Below are positions 11,872 to 24,889 of a stretch of DNA of 64,000 nucleotides, piece after piece. The position numbers and the translations under genes were made by a program. Origin of the DNA: Felis catus (taxonomy: Eukaryota); assembly GCF_018350175.1 (NCBI RefSeq), contig NC_058368.1:179988001-180052000 (forward strand), read 5' to 3'. The first letter of the stretch is position 1; every line of letters begins with the position of its first letter. The notes below the pieces were generated by a model. That model ran no database searches. It saw only the letters and a program-made list of their open reading frames with translations, and was not told the origin of the DNA.

Positions 11872-13211
11872 GCCTGCCCAAGGTTTGCACCTGTGCAATG
11901 GCAGGAATGCTCGGCCGGCACGCCCCTCAAGTTAGCTGCACTTGGCCGGTGTTCAGCAATGCTGACTTTATACTCAGTCGAGTGTGGTCAAGAGCCCTTC
12001 AGCGCTCTCCATCTCGGGCATGGAGATAGCCCAAGCCACTGCTTTAGGCTGCCACTCAATATTAACCAACTTGACACAGAGCACTTGAAAGTCCCAAGAT
12101 ATCGCTGGCTGATTAGCATGTCCAGGATTGGGCATTTGAAGTCTGCATCAGAAACCCAAGTGTGTGATAAGCTGATGTAACTACAACTCTCCTACCACCA
12201 CTTCTAATGACCTAGGGTTGGGGGGAATGTGCTAATAGGAAGACCCTGATAGAGAAGCCTTGGGGAAAAACCTGTACAAGCCCCTACATATCCTTAGTTT
12301 GCCCCTCAGTTCGTGGAAAGTAAATTCAAGTCATTTAACCATATGGGATTCCTTTCAGAAGTAGAACATACAGATCCCTCTAGGGAATCTTAATCACTCA
12401 GAGGTGAGAAATTGATCTGGAATCACAGCTACTGCAGAATGAAAAGCCAAAGAGTCCTGGAACTGGTTAGGGGGTCTTAACAGGGGCACCTAAGCCAGAA
12501 TAGCAAATACACCTGGTAGAATTTAACTTGGGAAGGAGAGGAGGGCAAGGTGGAGACATTGCTGTGGGCTGCAAGGGTCTGGAATGGACAGCCCTTTATT
12601 TGAATGGGGGTGGGTGGAAAGAAGGTATAGGACCCTTGCCTTCATGCTTTGCTCACTGGGCTACTGCACACAAGCCCTCCAGCTTTCCATGTAGGGGTTC
12701 ATTCACTTTAGGGAGGAGATGAAGGAGAAAGTGAAGGCAACGGCAGGTTTTGGCCACAGTGCCACCATAGAGTGAAGCATTGAGATTGAGAAGCTGTTTG
12801 AAGCTATCTGGAACCCAGGCTAACTACAGTACTAAAATTTGCAAGTCAGTCACCCCTTTGAAAATTTGACTCGAATCTGAAGCATTGCTTTAATAATGTC
12901 ACTCTCCTCCTCCTACATGTTGAGGCTTTCTTGAGTGGGAAAGAAAAGGGTGGAATTACTATTAAGAAATGGGGAATTGTTCAGAACCCTGGAGGTATCA
13001 GTTGGATGTGGCCTGCATGCGAAGATAACAAGTCATTTGTGGTTTGGCAATAAAAGGGCTGAGGCTCCCATGGTAACTCACTCGTACAGCGGGAAATGCT
13101 TCCCTGGGCTCCGGAGGGTTATCACACTGGGCAAAGGGGCACAGAAGGTTTGGCCTACTCTGTTCACTTCACTCTGTGACAGCATCTTACCTCAGTCCCT
13201 CCCTCTCCTAG

Positions 13212-13375
13212 GCGCCTCCACTCCAACCACCTGTACTGTGACTGCCACCTGGCCTGGCTCTCAGATTGGCTGCGACAGCGACGGACAATTGGCCAGTTCA
13301 CACTCTGTATGGCTCCTGTGCACCTGAGGGGCTTCAATGTGGCAGATGTGCAGAAAAAGGAGTATATATGCCCAG
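13212..13375 (+). CDS. SLIT3: SLIT3 exon 8 (164 nt, last LRR plus LRRCT cap of D1), phase 2-1
   Basis: Acceptor ccctctcctAG, donor GTgagg; translates [54 protein letters not shown]. Confidence 0.97.
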
Positions 13376-13727
13376 GTGAGGCTGTCCCACCCTCTCCCCC
13401 TCTGTACTGTGACTCACCCACCCCTGAGCTCTCCCAGACATCACCCTGGGCATGAACCCACACTTAGCCCAGAGCTTGGTGTGCACTCTCCTGGGTTCCT
13501 CAGCACTCTATAGTCACTTGGGCTCTGGGGTGCCTCAGAGGCTTCTGAAAAAGCAGCTCTTGTCATCTGGTAAAGGAAAATGCTCAAGGAAGTAATGAAT
13601 CACTTTCTGTTAAGCTTCATCATCCACTGATGCTAAGAAACTTACCAAGTGTTAAGTACATTGTTTAGCATTTCCTAAACATGTGCCTGTCGTCTGATTG
13701 CCATAGAAATTGAAAGACAAGTTAATG

Positions 13728-13940
13728 GAGGCAGTAGGGTCAGCCTGCTTGGCTGGAAACCCTAGATCTGCTCCTTAGTAGTGTGTGACTTTGGCAAGTT
13801 CCCATATGTTTGCAAAATGGGAAAATCATAGTACATAACTCAAGGGATGGGTGGGAGGATTAAATGAAATAATGCATATGAAGCACTTAGCATAATACAT
13901 AGCACTTGGTAAGAGCTAATAAGTGGAGCTTAATTATTAT
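13728..13940 (+). mobile_element. MIR
   Basis: tgtgtgactttggcaagtt...aaaatggg...gaggattaaatgaaataatgcatatgaagcacttagc. Confidence 0.75.
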
Positions 13941-15891
13941 AGTTTAGTGGGTCCACAAAATGTGCTGAGCAAACATAAGAGTTTGATCTGTGGGTAATTG
14001 AAGTGTAATAGAAGCACAGATCGCCTGCGTAGTATAGAAAACAGAACTGTGCACAGACATAACTGAACACAGCGCAGATCTCCAGGGATGGGAGATGCCT
14101 GACTGACCTGAGAAAAATCTTCTCAGTTGATGTAGTGGCTTTTAACTGAGTCCTCATTTTCACGCTTGCTTTTTTGTTTTTACTTTTCATTGACACCCTC
14201 CATTCCCACCGACTCCCTCTTTCTGGGAAATCCCTGAAGTATTCAGTTCAGGAGTTTCCCACAGAAGCATTTCTGACTTCCAGGAACCCAGTCCTGGAAC
14301 TGGGGCTCAGTGGCCTCTGAAAGCTGATGTTGGGAGTCAGCCTACAGGAAAAAGGAAGGACAGATTGCTCAACACTGGTTGGGGCTACAGTCCTCACATT
14401 TCTTGACTGTTGTGTTTTCAGTATTGAAGATCACCTGAGCTCCATGTGTGCTGCAGGGAGGGCCCAAACCAGTCAGCAGTGTAGACTGGCCCCCTTCTGC
14501 TCTTAGGCTGCATTTGCAATATGGAAGACTTTTTTTTTTTTTTAATTCAACTTCATCTCGCTCCCTGCCACTCTCTCTTGTCATGTTACTACTTCATCAA
14601 GTTATTTATTATTCAAAAACATTTTAACATGTCTCAGAGCAGTACCTTAATAATTTCCTATAGACGCCCACTTAGAAATCACTTCCCGTCAACCACATAT
14701 AATAAAACCGTTTATCACACAGGCACCAACCTCACATATAGTGACTATAATTACAGTAATTATTAGGCAAAGAGTACAATATCGGCATAAGTGCCAGTGA
14801 AAGAAATAATTATAGAGTGCAGGAGTCATCCAAGAGCTAGTGAGAAAAACTAATTAGACAGAATGTTAAAACACATCATTATAGGTGGGTGCCAGGCTTA
14901 ATGCTCTGCACGAACACAAATACGACTTCGTCAGAAAAGCACCTTCCCGTCAAAGGAGTGGCGAGACATTGCTTCTCCGACAGCAGTTAGGATCCAAACC
15001 CCAGGGAGGAAGGCTGAAGCTCCTAGGTCCCGGAAGTGCTCGTGTCCCAAATCTCCTGCCTGGAAAAGGCTGGATCTAGCGGGCAGGTTAATACTTAACA
15101 TAGAAGCATCCCTATCACCTCCTCTGTTTATGTCAATTAAGCCTGTGGCTTGTGATAATCCCTCACACTTTTCAGTACTAAGCCAGGTGTCTTCTGAGGA
15201 CACAGGAATCAGGTCCACAGACTCCAGACATGACTGTGCTATTAATCTACACCCTGCCTCACCAGTAGTAGAAATTCAAGAGGGCGACAGTGGAACCCCT
15301 TTGTGGGAGGGATTCTTCGATGCTTTCCAGGCTCTCGTGGGTTAGGGACAGAATGCTGTGCAGCGTTGCTTTCTGTAAAGATCTAAGTCGGATATAATGC
15401 TTGGCCAAACTGAATATCCCTGACGAATGGGGCCCTATCATCATTAGTGGTGTGCAGGAGTAGCACCCCCTCCAGAAGGTACTACTCCTTTAATAACTGT
15501 TAAAGGTGGTTTGTGAGGCCATGTTAAAGGGATGCCAGAGGAAGCCATGTGGAGTGAGACTCCACACTTGGGAGGTGGAAGAGGACAGCTGTTTTCACGC
15601 ACTGACTATCCTTCCCACACACCCCACCATGTGCAGGCTCTACCCATGGCAGAGTCCACAGGGCATCCTCATGAGGCAGTTTTGTATGGATCACATTGGT
15701 CGTACGCTGCAAAATTGTCAGTGTTCCTCGTTCCAGCTCTCCCCCCAATGACTCACAGGAGGAGGGCTTTAGTCAAGAAAGGCAGGAGTAAGAACATCTC
15801 TGTAAAACAAGAGGTCATCTGCTCAGGAGAAAAAAAGGCATGGGGTACCAATTAAGCCATCCCTGCATGTAGTTTCATCACCAGTGGCCCC

Positions 15892-16135
15892 TGTCAGGGA
15901 AGCATCAGAAAACCTCCTGGGACCTTAAACCATATCACAAAATTCACCAAACACATGACTCCAGAGACAGGAAAGAGTTTTATCTCTCTCAGCCTGTGAG
16001 GGCCCTGGTTGCCCAAGTCCCTGCTATCTCCCTGTGAATTAAATCCAGCCGGCTGGAGCCCATCCCCTTCTCCCCAAAAGCCTTGGCTGCAGGCTCCTTA
16101 TCACTCCAGCTAACCCAGAAATTTGCTAGCAGCAC
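15892..16135 (-). mobile_element. Possible ancient LTR remnant
   Basis: On the minus strand: TATA-like gataaggag, about 120 nt later a poly(A)-like ataaaa, then a GT-rich U5-like tract ending ...ctgaca. Confidence 0.3.
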
Positions 16136-17494
16136 ACTTTGACAGAATTCATCTCCTCTGCCACCCGTACCCCGCCAATCAAAGGTATTTATTTTCTTCC
16201 TCTAGAGAGGCATCTGAGAATTTTTCAAAGGGTGGGAGACTATATCCTTATTTTATTTTTTATTACTGTTTCCGTACAGTATGCAGCTAGACTTCTTTGT
16301 TTCCTTCAGCCACTGCTGCAAAAATTTCTGTTAACTTTTCTTGTTTTAGAGAGGAAGGTTAGGGCCCTATGACTAGAAGGGTCTGTGGTCCCCACTTGTT
16401 GCCTGTACCAGACGGGGACTTTATCGAGTTCATGATACTAGACCACAGAAGAGGTTCTACTATGGCCACTACTTGACTCATGTGAGTTGCAAGTTTTGGG
16501 TTTTTGCCCATCCTTACCTAAAGGGTTTATGCTGGGGTTTAAACTCCAGGATTTATTTTCCGTGTGTCAATTTTCTGGTTACCTTAATCTGAAGAAGTTT
16601 CTTCCAGTCACAATTCGTAATTCAAGGGTATTAGTTAAATATTTGACCTCCTGAGTCAGTTATCTCTTTCCTTTAAACATCTTTGTATCCACTGGCTTGT
16701 CCACCTATTTTACACTTATCTGCCCATAGCCTTTGAGTGTGAGATAGAGATACCCTTTCATGAAGATCGATCTTGTCTTCTAGTACTAAGGGGTCACGTT
16801 TTTAAGGTTGCCCCAATGCCTGGAACAATGCTTGCTCCTAAAAGCCTCTCAAGAAACACTTCCTCATTTATTACTAAAAATTAAATCGGCATATAACCCT
16901 GGAAACAAGAAATTTTCACCACCACCCCTTTTTTTTTTTTAATTTGGGACTACTTACTAAGTATAAAGATAATTAAGGTAAGCCATGACTAGCCGCCCAT
17001 CTCCTTAGGAGGTTTTAATTAAAACACCATAATTGGACATTGCAAGAATGAGATTATTAGGTTTATTTAGCCATTCCTAAAATTATCATGCCTCTGGTAT
17101 TTAAATCACGTTCATTTATATTCTCATCATAATTGCTCAAACCCCATTGTCATTGCAGTCTGTTGTTGGCTTTTGAAAGGCCAGAGGCCAACAGGGATGC
17201 TTAATTTGAATGCTGGAATTAATTTATTTCCACATGCTCACAAGGCCATTGGATTTTTCGGTTCTGTGCACTCTGCTGGGTGGGATTCCCTTTAAAGACG
17301 GAAAGAAATAAACACAGCTCTAACAAGAGTGTCCTGCTATCTCCACTGTAGCTTACACAATCTGTGTCTTGGCCCCTGAGGCTCTTCTTCCTACCTCCTG
17401 AGATTCCCAGGCTCTGATGGCTTTCAAAGTCATGGCAATAAAGAGAGGCATTTGGGGTATCTTCTTGGCAAAGGAGATGATACAAAAAACGCTG

Positions 17495-17712
17495 AACCAG
17501 AACTTAGAATGTTGTGGTTCACTAGTTCCATGATCTTGACCAGTTTGCTTGACTCCCTGTTCTTCCCTTTCCTCATCAGTATAATGGAAATAATAATAAT
17601 AAAAGAACGTACGTCATGGGTTTTATGAGAACCAAATGAGCTCACACATGCAAAGCCCTTGGTGCAGCATCTAGCACTTAGGAAACATTCCATAAGCGTT
17701 AGCTGCTGTTAC
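17495..17712 (+). mobile_element. MIR
   Basis: tttcctcatcagtataatggaaataataataa...tgcaaagcccttgg...gcacttaggaaacattccataa. Confidence 0.7.
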
Positions 17713-20514
17713 GACAATGACATCATTCTTAGTTGGGCCACCATTGTGTCCCTGGTCAAGTTCTCTCCCTCCAAGATGTCTGTTTCCTCATCAGCTCCAC
17801 AGCCCTTTCTAGGTCTGAAGTTCAGCGAGCTTTTCCCCATTCAATTGGACACACCAGTTAGGACTTTCCACTTCCAGCGTGATGCCAAATAGAAGAACAG
17901 AGTTGAGGAAGCAGCCTGGCAGGAGCCAGTGTCCCTGATCATTGCTCCTCCTCCTTGTCTCTCAGACTGGAGGGGGTATCATGCAGTCACCAGAGACACG
18001 ATGACGTGATCGCTGTTCGTGCCAGCCATCACAGGCACTTTGCCATGACAGGTCTGGTCGGGGACACATTCCTGCCCTGCCCTTGTGCTCATTGAGCACC
18101 TCCCCCCCCCCATCTGAGGGGACAGCAGCCTGATAATCAGGGAGGGGAGGATCAGCACCTCAGTTGCCCTGTGCTCTGCCCTCTCTCAAGACATCAGGCC
18201 ACAGTCCCGGGAGTGGGAGTCAGGGGACATCAGAAGGCTGGACATCTCAGTGTCCTCTTTGGGTGACACGGAGGTGGCTCTGGCTCCAAAGTGAAATTCC
18301 TGAGCTGAAGTGGTGATTCCGGAAAGGGGAGACAGGCCCCGAGAGGGGAGACAGGTACTTGGCCCATATCCTCGTCTCCCTGTTCTGTGTGAGAACTAGC
18401 TTCCACCTCAGTGCAGCAACATTTTGTCCCACAGGAAGAGTTCCAAGGGCAGATAGCTTGGGCACCCATTTAAAAACGAAGAGCAAGTCCACATCCACTT
18501 CAAGTTCCTCACAAAACATCTCAGAACATGGATTACAGGGGTTCTGTGTGCTAGTGCATCACTACACTCTGATTTAAGCTGCTTTCTGTGCCAGGAGAAG
18601 GAGGAGATGGTACCAGCAGGCAAGCTTGCTTGGGGATAATGAGTATTCACGAGCCCCATGAGCACGTGTTATACAACAGGAACACACATGTTCACGTAGG
18701 CACAAGCCCACATAGTCCTCTCCCCTCAAACATGTGTGGAGACTTTCCACCTCGATCAAAACACTCTGTTCCCATTCATCTGCTTCTCAGCTTGTACAGT
18801 GCTCAGAGAATTTCCTGGGTAGAACCATGGGTTTTTCCTCACTTTGCCCCCCTTGGAAATTCTCTGTCACCTGCACCACCCCCTTCACTCTCAATATGTG
18901 TGGACAGGAAAGGCTGAGAGGAAGGGGTTTGCAGACAGAGCTAAGACGAGTGCCTAGGACACCCTGAGCTGTGCAGGTGAGCAGGGCTCAGCAGGAGCCT
19001 CAGCAGAGTAGCAGATGGCCTTTGCCAGCACTGAGCTGTGGTAGAAAGACATGAGCTTCAGGCATGAAGGTCCCATCCACCCATAACCGCTTCGTTCCCC
19101 ACCCACCCACCCCCACACACACTATGGCTGGTCCTAGCAACCAGAGCCCAGGGCACTCAGAGCTCAGGGGTCTCCCCTTAAGGCCCTTCTAGAAGGATTA
19201 CTCGCCCCCACAGCTTGGTGACATTCAGCCCCCACTCTGCCAGGATTCTAGACCAATTCCATTCATCTATTCATCCTTCCGCTGACCCATGGTATGTTTA
19301 CAGGGTTTTGTGCTTTGGCCCTGCTTTAGGCATTGGGAACATAACAGGGAATAAGACAGAAAAGACCACTGCCCTTGTTGAATTTACATGCTAGTCTCAG
19401 TCTATCCAAAGACAAAAAGCAAAGGGGAGGGACTTCTGACACCATAGCACTCAGAGGTTCAAAGGGAAATGCACTCGGTCCATTGGGCATGGAGCAGAGG
19501 GGAATGTTTCCAGGGAAAATGAACCTATCTTTCAACCCCATCTTAAGCCTGAAGTGTTTTGTTTCAACAAGAGGATAACACCCTTACCACGTGTGAATGC
19601 CTGGCTGGGGAGCCACCAGCCCAGGATGCTGACAGAGGCTATAATTACCTTTGTTTCTCTCTGCGTAATTAAAGGTGTTGTTAGTGACCTGGTTATGGAA
19701 TCTTTTTCAAAGGCTTTTTTTACCTTGACAACATCCCTTGAAATGTAGCACATACTCCCTACAGAATCAGAGCCACCCTGTGAAAGACCCAGCTCATTCC
19801 CAGAGGGATTCAAGGCTACAACCTAGGGCTGGTTTAAACAGAATTAATTCTAGCACAGAAGTCAAAGGGGCATTTTTGAAAAAAACTCCCATTTCAGAAC
19901 TTCCTGTTGCCCGTAGAAGCCCTGACTGTAATGTCTTTCTCCCCCTCTCCCTTCCTGACACACCCCAACCAAGTAACAATTTGACAAATCAGAAGAAGTA
20001 CAGCCATCCGATTACTGTCTGCCTCAATGGATGGAAATACAGGAGGAGCACAGACTTCATCCTTCCACGGAATCCCTGACATTTCCCAAACAGGAAGGTG
20101 CCCGTGGTGTGGCGATTCTCCCTGGCTTTGTTAGGCACCCTAGCCCCTTGACGTGGAGGGCCAAGCCTGGCAGTTTTCTTTGGGGAGCGTCATAGGCACT
20201 TCAAAAGCCCTGACATCTGAAGCCATACCACTCCCAGCCTCTCTCACATGTGGGGAGAGGGTGGGAGCTCTTCACACTGCATATCCTCTTGGCCCCCTTC
20301 AAAGAAGCAGAGCCAGGATGGACAGGTGCTGTTGGGTGTTTTACTCCTTCTCTGCTTTGATTCTTCTGAAGACCAGGAGTAATTGATCTTTTCAGTCCAA
20401 AAAGGACTTCAGAAGTCATGCAGTCCAAATTTCTTATTCACTGAGTTGGTAACAAAAGAGCTCAGAGGGATATTATGATTTACAGGCAATTCGTGCCAGA
20501 GGTGGACTCATTAA

Positions 20515-20750
20515 CAGTAATAATAACAGCAACTAAGCTCTGACTCTGTGCCATGCATTCTTCTAAATACTTTATATGCATTAACTTTCTTTGCCTTCAC
20601 AACAAAACCATGCTGTGAAATAAGTATTGTTATTTCTTCTCATTTTACAGATGGGGAAAACTGGGCACGGGGATATAGGGATGAAATGACAGAGCCAAGA
20701 TTCAAATTGAGGCAGTAGGACTCCAGACCCCACTCCCTGAGCCACAACAC
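20515..20750 (-). mobile_element. MIR
   Basis: cattttacagatggggaaaactggg...gacagagccaagattcaaa...ggactccaga. Confidence 0.75.
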
Positions 20751-21027
20751 TCTCATTCCTGATCTGAGGCTCTTATAAGCTGATTCTCTGGGGTTGCCAT
20801 TTCCTTAGAAATGGAAAACTTCCCCAGTTTGGAACAAAGCTTGTATCACCTCTCCCAGAGAATGTTCCGGTTGGGGATTTTAGTGAAAGTCATCATCATT
20901 CTGGCATTTTTCATGGTCTCCATGAGATCTGCTAATGTGAGTAACACTGAAGAGTTTGAAGTCCCTATGCCCTAGACATGAATATTTTCTCAAATGTCCC
21001 AGAAAGGAGGATATTTTTTAATTTGGG

Positions 21028-21115
21028 GTATGTGTGTATGTGTGTATGTGTGTCTGTAGGTGTGTGTGTGTATGACAGAGACAGAGACAGAAAGGGAGAA
21101 AAAGAGAGAGAAGGA
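21028..21115. repeat. Degenerate (TG)n followed by a (GA)-rich tract
   Basis: tatgtgtgtatgtgtgtatgtgtgtctgtaggtgtgtgtgtg...gacagagacagagacag. Confidence 0.75.
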
Positions 21116-22470
21116 GATGGTGAGGCCAAGAGAAGTAATCTTTGATTACTGAGTCGGCACTTTCCGGCAAGGTAAATGTTCCACAACGAGCCTTTGGCAT
21201 CCATTTGAGCCCTTGCAGAAGGACCGTCCCCAGGCACAGGGACTGTTGAGCGTGAAGAGGGGGATCCTCCACTTTGAGTCTCAATGTCCAAACAAGCATT
21301 TGCCCAGGCCCCCTTGGTTCTCTGATGCATCCACTTTGGCCAAACCAAAGTCAGTGTTTCCCTGCAGACATTTTCAGGTTTCATATTGAATCTCTGTCCA
21401 AGGGCTCCCAGTCAGAATCCCATGTCCAGGCAGTGAGAGATCGGCAGAGTTGGTCTGAGCCTGTGGTCCTCCGCTCTGGGGGTGGGCATCTGGAAAGACA
21501 TCAGGTAATCCCTGCTGGCTAGATCTCGCAGGCGGTGGAGAGGTCCTGAGGAGGCTCTGGGGTCGGGTTTACCTTTGGGACCACAAAATGTCCACATTTG
21601 GAAAACAAACCACAGGTCTGAGATTCTTACCTTACTTTGAAGAAGTAGTGATAGCATGAAAACTTTTATGTGTTTAAAACATTTGAATGTACTTCTTGTG
21701 ACTCTTTGAATCCTGGGTTAGTTTGCTAATATATATTTTTATCTTTGTGTGGTTTTCTAAAGATGCTCTTTAGATGCCATTTACTTGGGTTTTTACCACT
21801 TTGCTTTAAATTCACGCAGGTTCTCACCTCAAACAAAATTAAAAGCTGACTCCAAAATACGTAATAACTTATTTGCCTTTTTTCTAATAAGATAGGTTTT
21901 ATTTGCATGTTCTCTGGACATAAAAATTGCTTGAAAATGTTTTGGATGATGTCACTGCTGATGACTATAGACACTTTGAGAACATCAAATAATGAAATTC
22001 TGACAGCTTCCCCTACCCCAACTTGGTTTTAGAGTGTGTTCAAAACTCTAGAGAAAAGAATGAAAGCGTGCCTATACCTAGCATCCAATCCCCAAATGAA
22101 AGCCAAAAATCGTAGGTGTTCAGACATTGGGCACCCTGAGCAAATAGTCCCAATGTGCCTTTTTTTGCATTCTGGTGGCATATTTTCATGTGGGACTGAC
22201 TCTGAGAGCAACCCTTTCTCTGAAAGACGAGGATGATGTGATGACAGAGCCAGTAGAACAATCCAGAAACAGGTCAAGGTCAGAATCTCTCCTCTTGGCT
22301 AAATATTTAGCCAGTTGCAGCCATGTCTCCCAGATGAGAGGAGATGTCAGCTGGTGAAAATTTTTCAGGTATTTTATCAGGTGCTGCTTCCTTGGAAGCT
22401 GGTTAAGGGGCACAAAAGCTCCAGTGGCTCCTGACACTGTCATGATTGACCATGTGTTCTGGACCTCCAG

Positions 22471-22612
22471 GACCCCACTCAGAACCTCCGTCCTGCAATG
22501 CCAACTCCATCTCCTGTCCCTCGGCCTGCACATGCAGCAATAACGTCGTGGACTGTCGAGGGAAGGGCTTGACGGAGATCCCTGCCAACTTGCCAGAGGG
22601 CATCGTCGAAAT
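22471..22612 (+). CDS. SLIT3: SLIT3 exon 9 (142 nt, linker plus LRRNT of D2), phase 1-2
   Basis: Acceptor ggacctccAG, donor GTaagt; translates (G)[46 protein letters not shown](I). Confidence 0.97.
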
Positions 22613-22804
22613 GTAAGTGCCCCATCTGCTACCCTCTGTCCCTGGTGAGTTTATCTCTCTGCCTCAGCCAATCCCTCAGTAGTCTGGTGGCGCGTGGGCC
22701 TGTTACCGCTAACTATTAAAAAACACTCAGAGATCCCTTTGCTAACTGTCCAGGCTTTCCCAGGTGTGATACCTCAGTTGTCAAGAGCATAGATTCCAGA
22801 GCTC

Positions 22805-23006
22805 AGTCAGCAAACTTCTCAGTGGTCCAAATATGTCCACCATTTATTTCTATAAGTAAAGTTTTATTGGAACACATCCAGAGCTATTTGCATACGGATT
22901 GTCCATGGCTGTCCTCGTGAGGCAGTATTGAGTAGTTGTGACTTAGCCCACCAACCCTGATATATGTGCTATCTGGCCCTTTACAATAAAAGCTTGTCAG
23001 TCCCTT
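22805..23006. mobile_element. MER58A-like MITE, opposite orientation to the copy at 2551
   Basis: gtaaagttttattggaacaca...attgtccatggctg...ttgagtagttgtgac...ctatctggccctttaca. Confidence 0.75.
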
Positions 23007-23029
23007 CCCTGGAATCACCCTGTGATTAT

Positions 23030-23230
23030 ATCCTAGCTCTACCATTTACTAGCTGTGTGACTTTGGGCAAAATAATCACTCTTTTTCATCTCTACTTCTC
23101 TCATCTATAACAATGTGATAATTACAGTATTGTCAATGGGTCATCGTGGAAACAGAATGAAATGCTGCATGGGAGCCCTTAATAGGGTCCTTGGCACGTG
23201 GGCAAATGCTCTATGTACTGGTGGTAGTAT
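23030..23230 (+). mobile_element. MIR
   Basis: tcctagctctaccatttactagctgtgtgactttgggcaa...tcatctataa. Confidence 0.75.
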
Positions 23231-23513
23231 TGGCAGAAGGTACATGAATGATGAACTCATTTCATAGCTACCATTATCTGAGCAAGAGTGAACTGTTAAT
23301 CATTTCAAATCAGATCGTTGTCCTCTAGATTAGAACTGTAGGTACAAAAATTGTGTATGTCTGTGTGTGTGCACAGATGTCCATAATACCACTAAAAATT
23401 TCTTGACCGTATAGTTCAATCTTGTCCACTCTTGCCTTATACATTAGAAAATGGCCAGTTTCTCATTCTGGGTCAAGTAGAGGGGTCAGTCAACACCAAC
23501 CTCAAGATCACTC

Positions 23514-23741
23514 TTTTTTTTTTTTTTAATTTTTTTTTAACGTTTATTTATTTTTGAGACAGAGAGAGACAGAGTATGAACGGGGGAGGTGCAGAGAGAG
23601 AGGGAGACACAGAATCAGAAGCAGGCTCCAGGCTCTGGGCCATCATCCCAGAGCCCGACGCGGGGCTCGAACTCACGGACCGCGAGATCTTGACCTGAGC
23701 TGAAGTCGGACCCTTAACCGACTGAGCCACCCAGGCGCCCC
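23514..23741 (-). mobile_element. CanSINE (SINEC_Fc-like), full length, CpG-rich and apparently young
   Basis: Reverse complement begins ggggcgcctgggtggctcagtcggttaag; poly-T tail; TSD aagatcactcttt (23504-23516) / aggatcactcttt (23742-23754). Confidence 0.96.
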
Positions 23742-23902
23742 AGGATCACTCTTTACATGACCACAAATGTTTTCATTTTTTACCTTCACCTTTAGGTGGC
23801 TTTATTAAAAACATGCTTAGATAGAATCTTCCTAGTCAAAATATCATTAGATAAAATCCCTTCAAATAAGACACGCGTTTCCGTAGCCCCTCTGCTCATC
23901 TG

Positions 23903-24185
23903 CTCCTCCTCTCCCTCTTCCTCCTCCTCTCCCTCTTCCTCCTCCTCTCCCTCTTCCTCCTCCTCTCCCTCTTCCTCCTCCTCTTCTCCCTCTTCCTCCT
24001 CCTCTCCCTCTTCCTCCTCCTCTTCTCCCTCTTCCTCCTCCTCCTCTCCCTCTTCCTCCTCCTCCTCTCCCTCTTCCTCCTCCTCCTCTCCCTCTTCCTC
24101 CTCCTCCTCTCCCTCTTCCTCCTCCTCCTCTCCCTCTTCCTCCTCCTCTCCCTCTTCCTCCTCCTCTCCCTCTTCCTCCTCCTTT
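23903..24185. repeat. 283-bp pure-pyrimidine minisatellite (about 14 units of 18 or 21 bp)
   Basis: Unit CTCCCTCTTCCTCCTCCT with or without an extra CCT/CTT; only C and T between g23902 and g24186. Confidence 0.97.
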
Positions 24186-24234
24186 GCATCCCTTCTGTTC
24201 CTGATGCGATCCAATAGATAGCCCATTAACTCTT

Positions 24235-24710
24235 TCAGCCATTCACACATTCATTCAACAAATGTCTGTTGTTAGCCCCCTATGTTCTAGTCATAGTTCT
24301 GTGCTCCAGGAGCATCAGTGAATAAAAGATAAAATTTCTGCCTTTATGGTGCTTGCATTCTGGTGGGGTGCGGGGAGGTAAGAAACAGTAAACAAAGCAA
24401 TGTAAATTATATGATATGATAGAAGGGGGTAGCTTCTGTGGAGAAAAATAAAGCAAGGAAAACACTTGAAGTCAGTTAAGGGGGAAAAAAGCAAGCAGAT
24501 ACGTGGAGGAAGAGTGTTGCAGGTAGAGGGCACAGCATGTGCAAAGGCCCAGAGGGAGGAGAGTGCCTGCTATACCAGAAGGCCAGTGTGGCTAGAGTGA
24601 AGCAAACATAAGGGGCAGAATTAAGGGATAAAAGTAGAGGGGCAACAAAGGGCCAAATCATGGGGGCATTTTAAGGACTCTGGTTTCACCCTGATTGAGT
24701 TGAGAAGAAA
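24235..24710 (-). mobile_element. L2 3' fragment
   Basis: cattcattcaacaaatg tail, then gcaggtagagggcacagcatgtgcaaaggcccagag and gaaggccagtgtggctagag. Confidence 0.8.
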
Positions 24711-24889
24711 CATAGGATTTACAACAGTGGAGGCTTCATTTCTTCTTTCATTGGTTTTGTCAACTTTTCCCTGATTCCCTTTAAAACTGTCTTCCCAGCC
24801 CCAGTAGACACAACTCATGCCTCTACCTCTTCCCGTAGGCGGGAGCTCGTCAGCAGAGCCTCCTTTTGGCCTGACAGCCACACCTTCTG

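Noticed and set aside
21580..22010. AT-rich stretch that might be a DNA-transposon relic
   Set aside because: No terminal inverted repeats, TSD or transposase motif could be identified, so it is left uncalled.
23792..24250. 152-aa Glu/Gly-rich ORF resembling RPGR ORF15, plus RG-, RK- and SP-rich ORFs in other frames
   Set aside because: All come from translating the pyrimidine/purine minisatellite, which cannot contain stop codons; the flanks show no protein homology and run into an L2.
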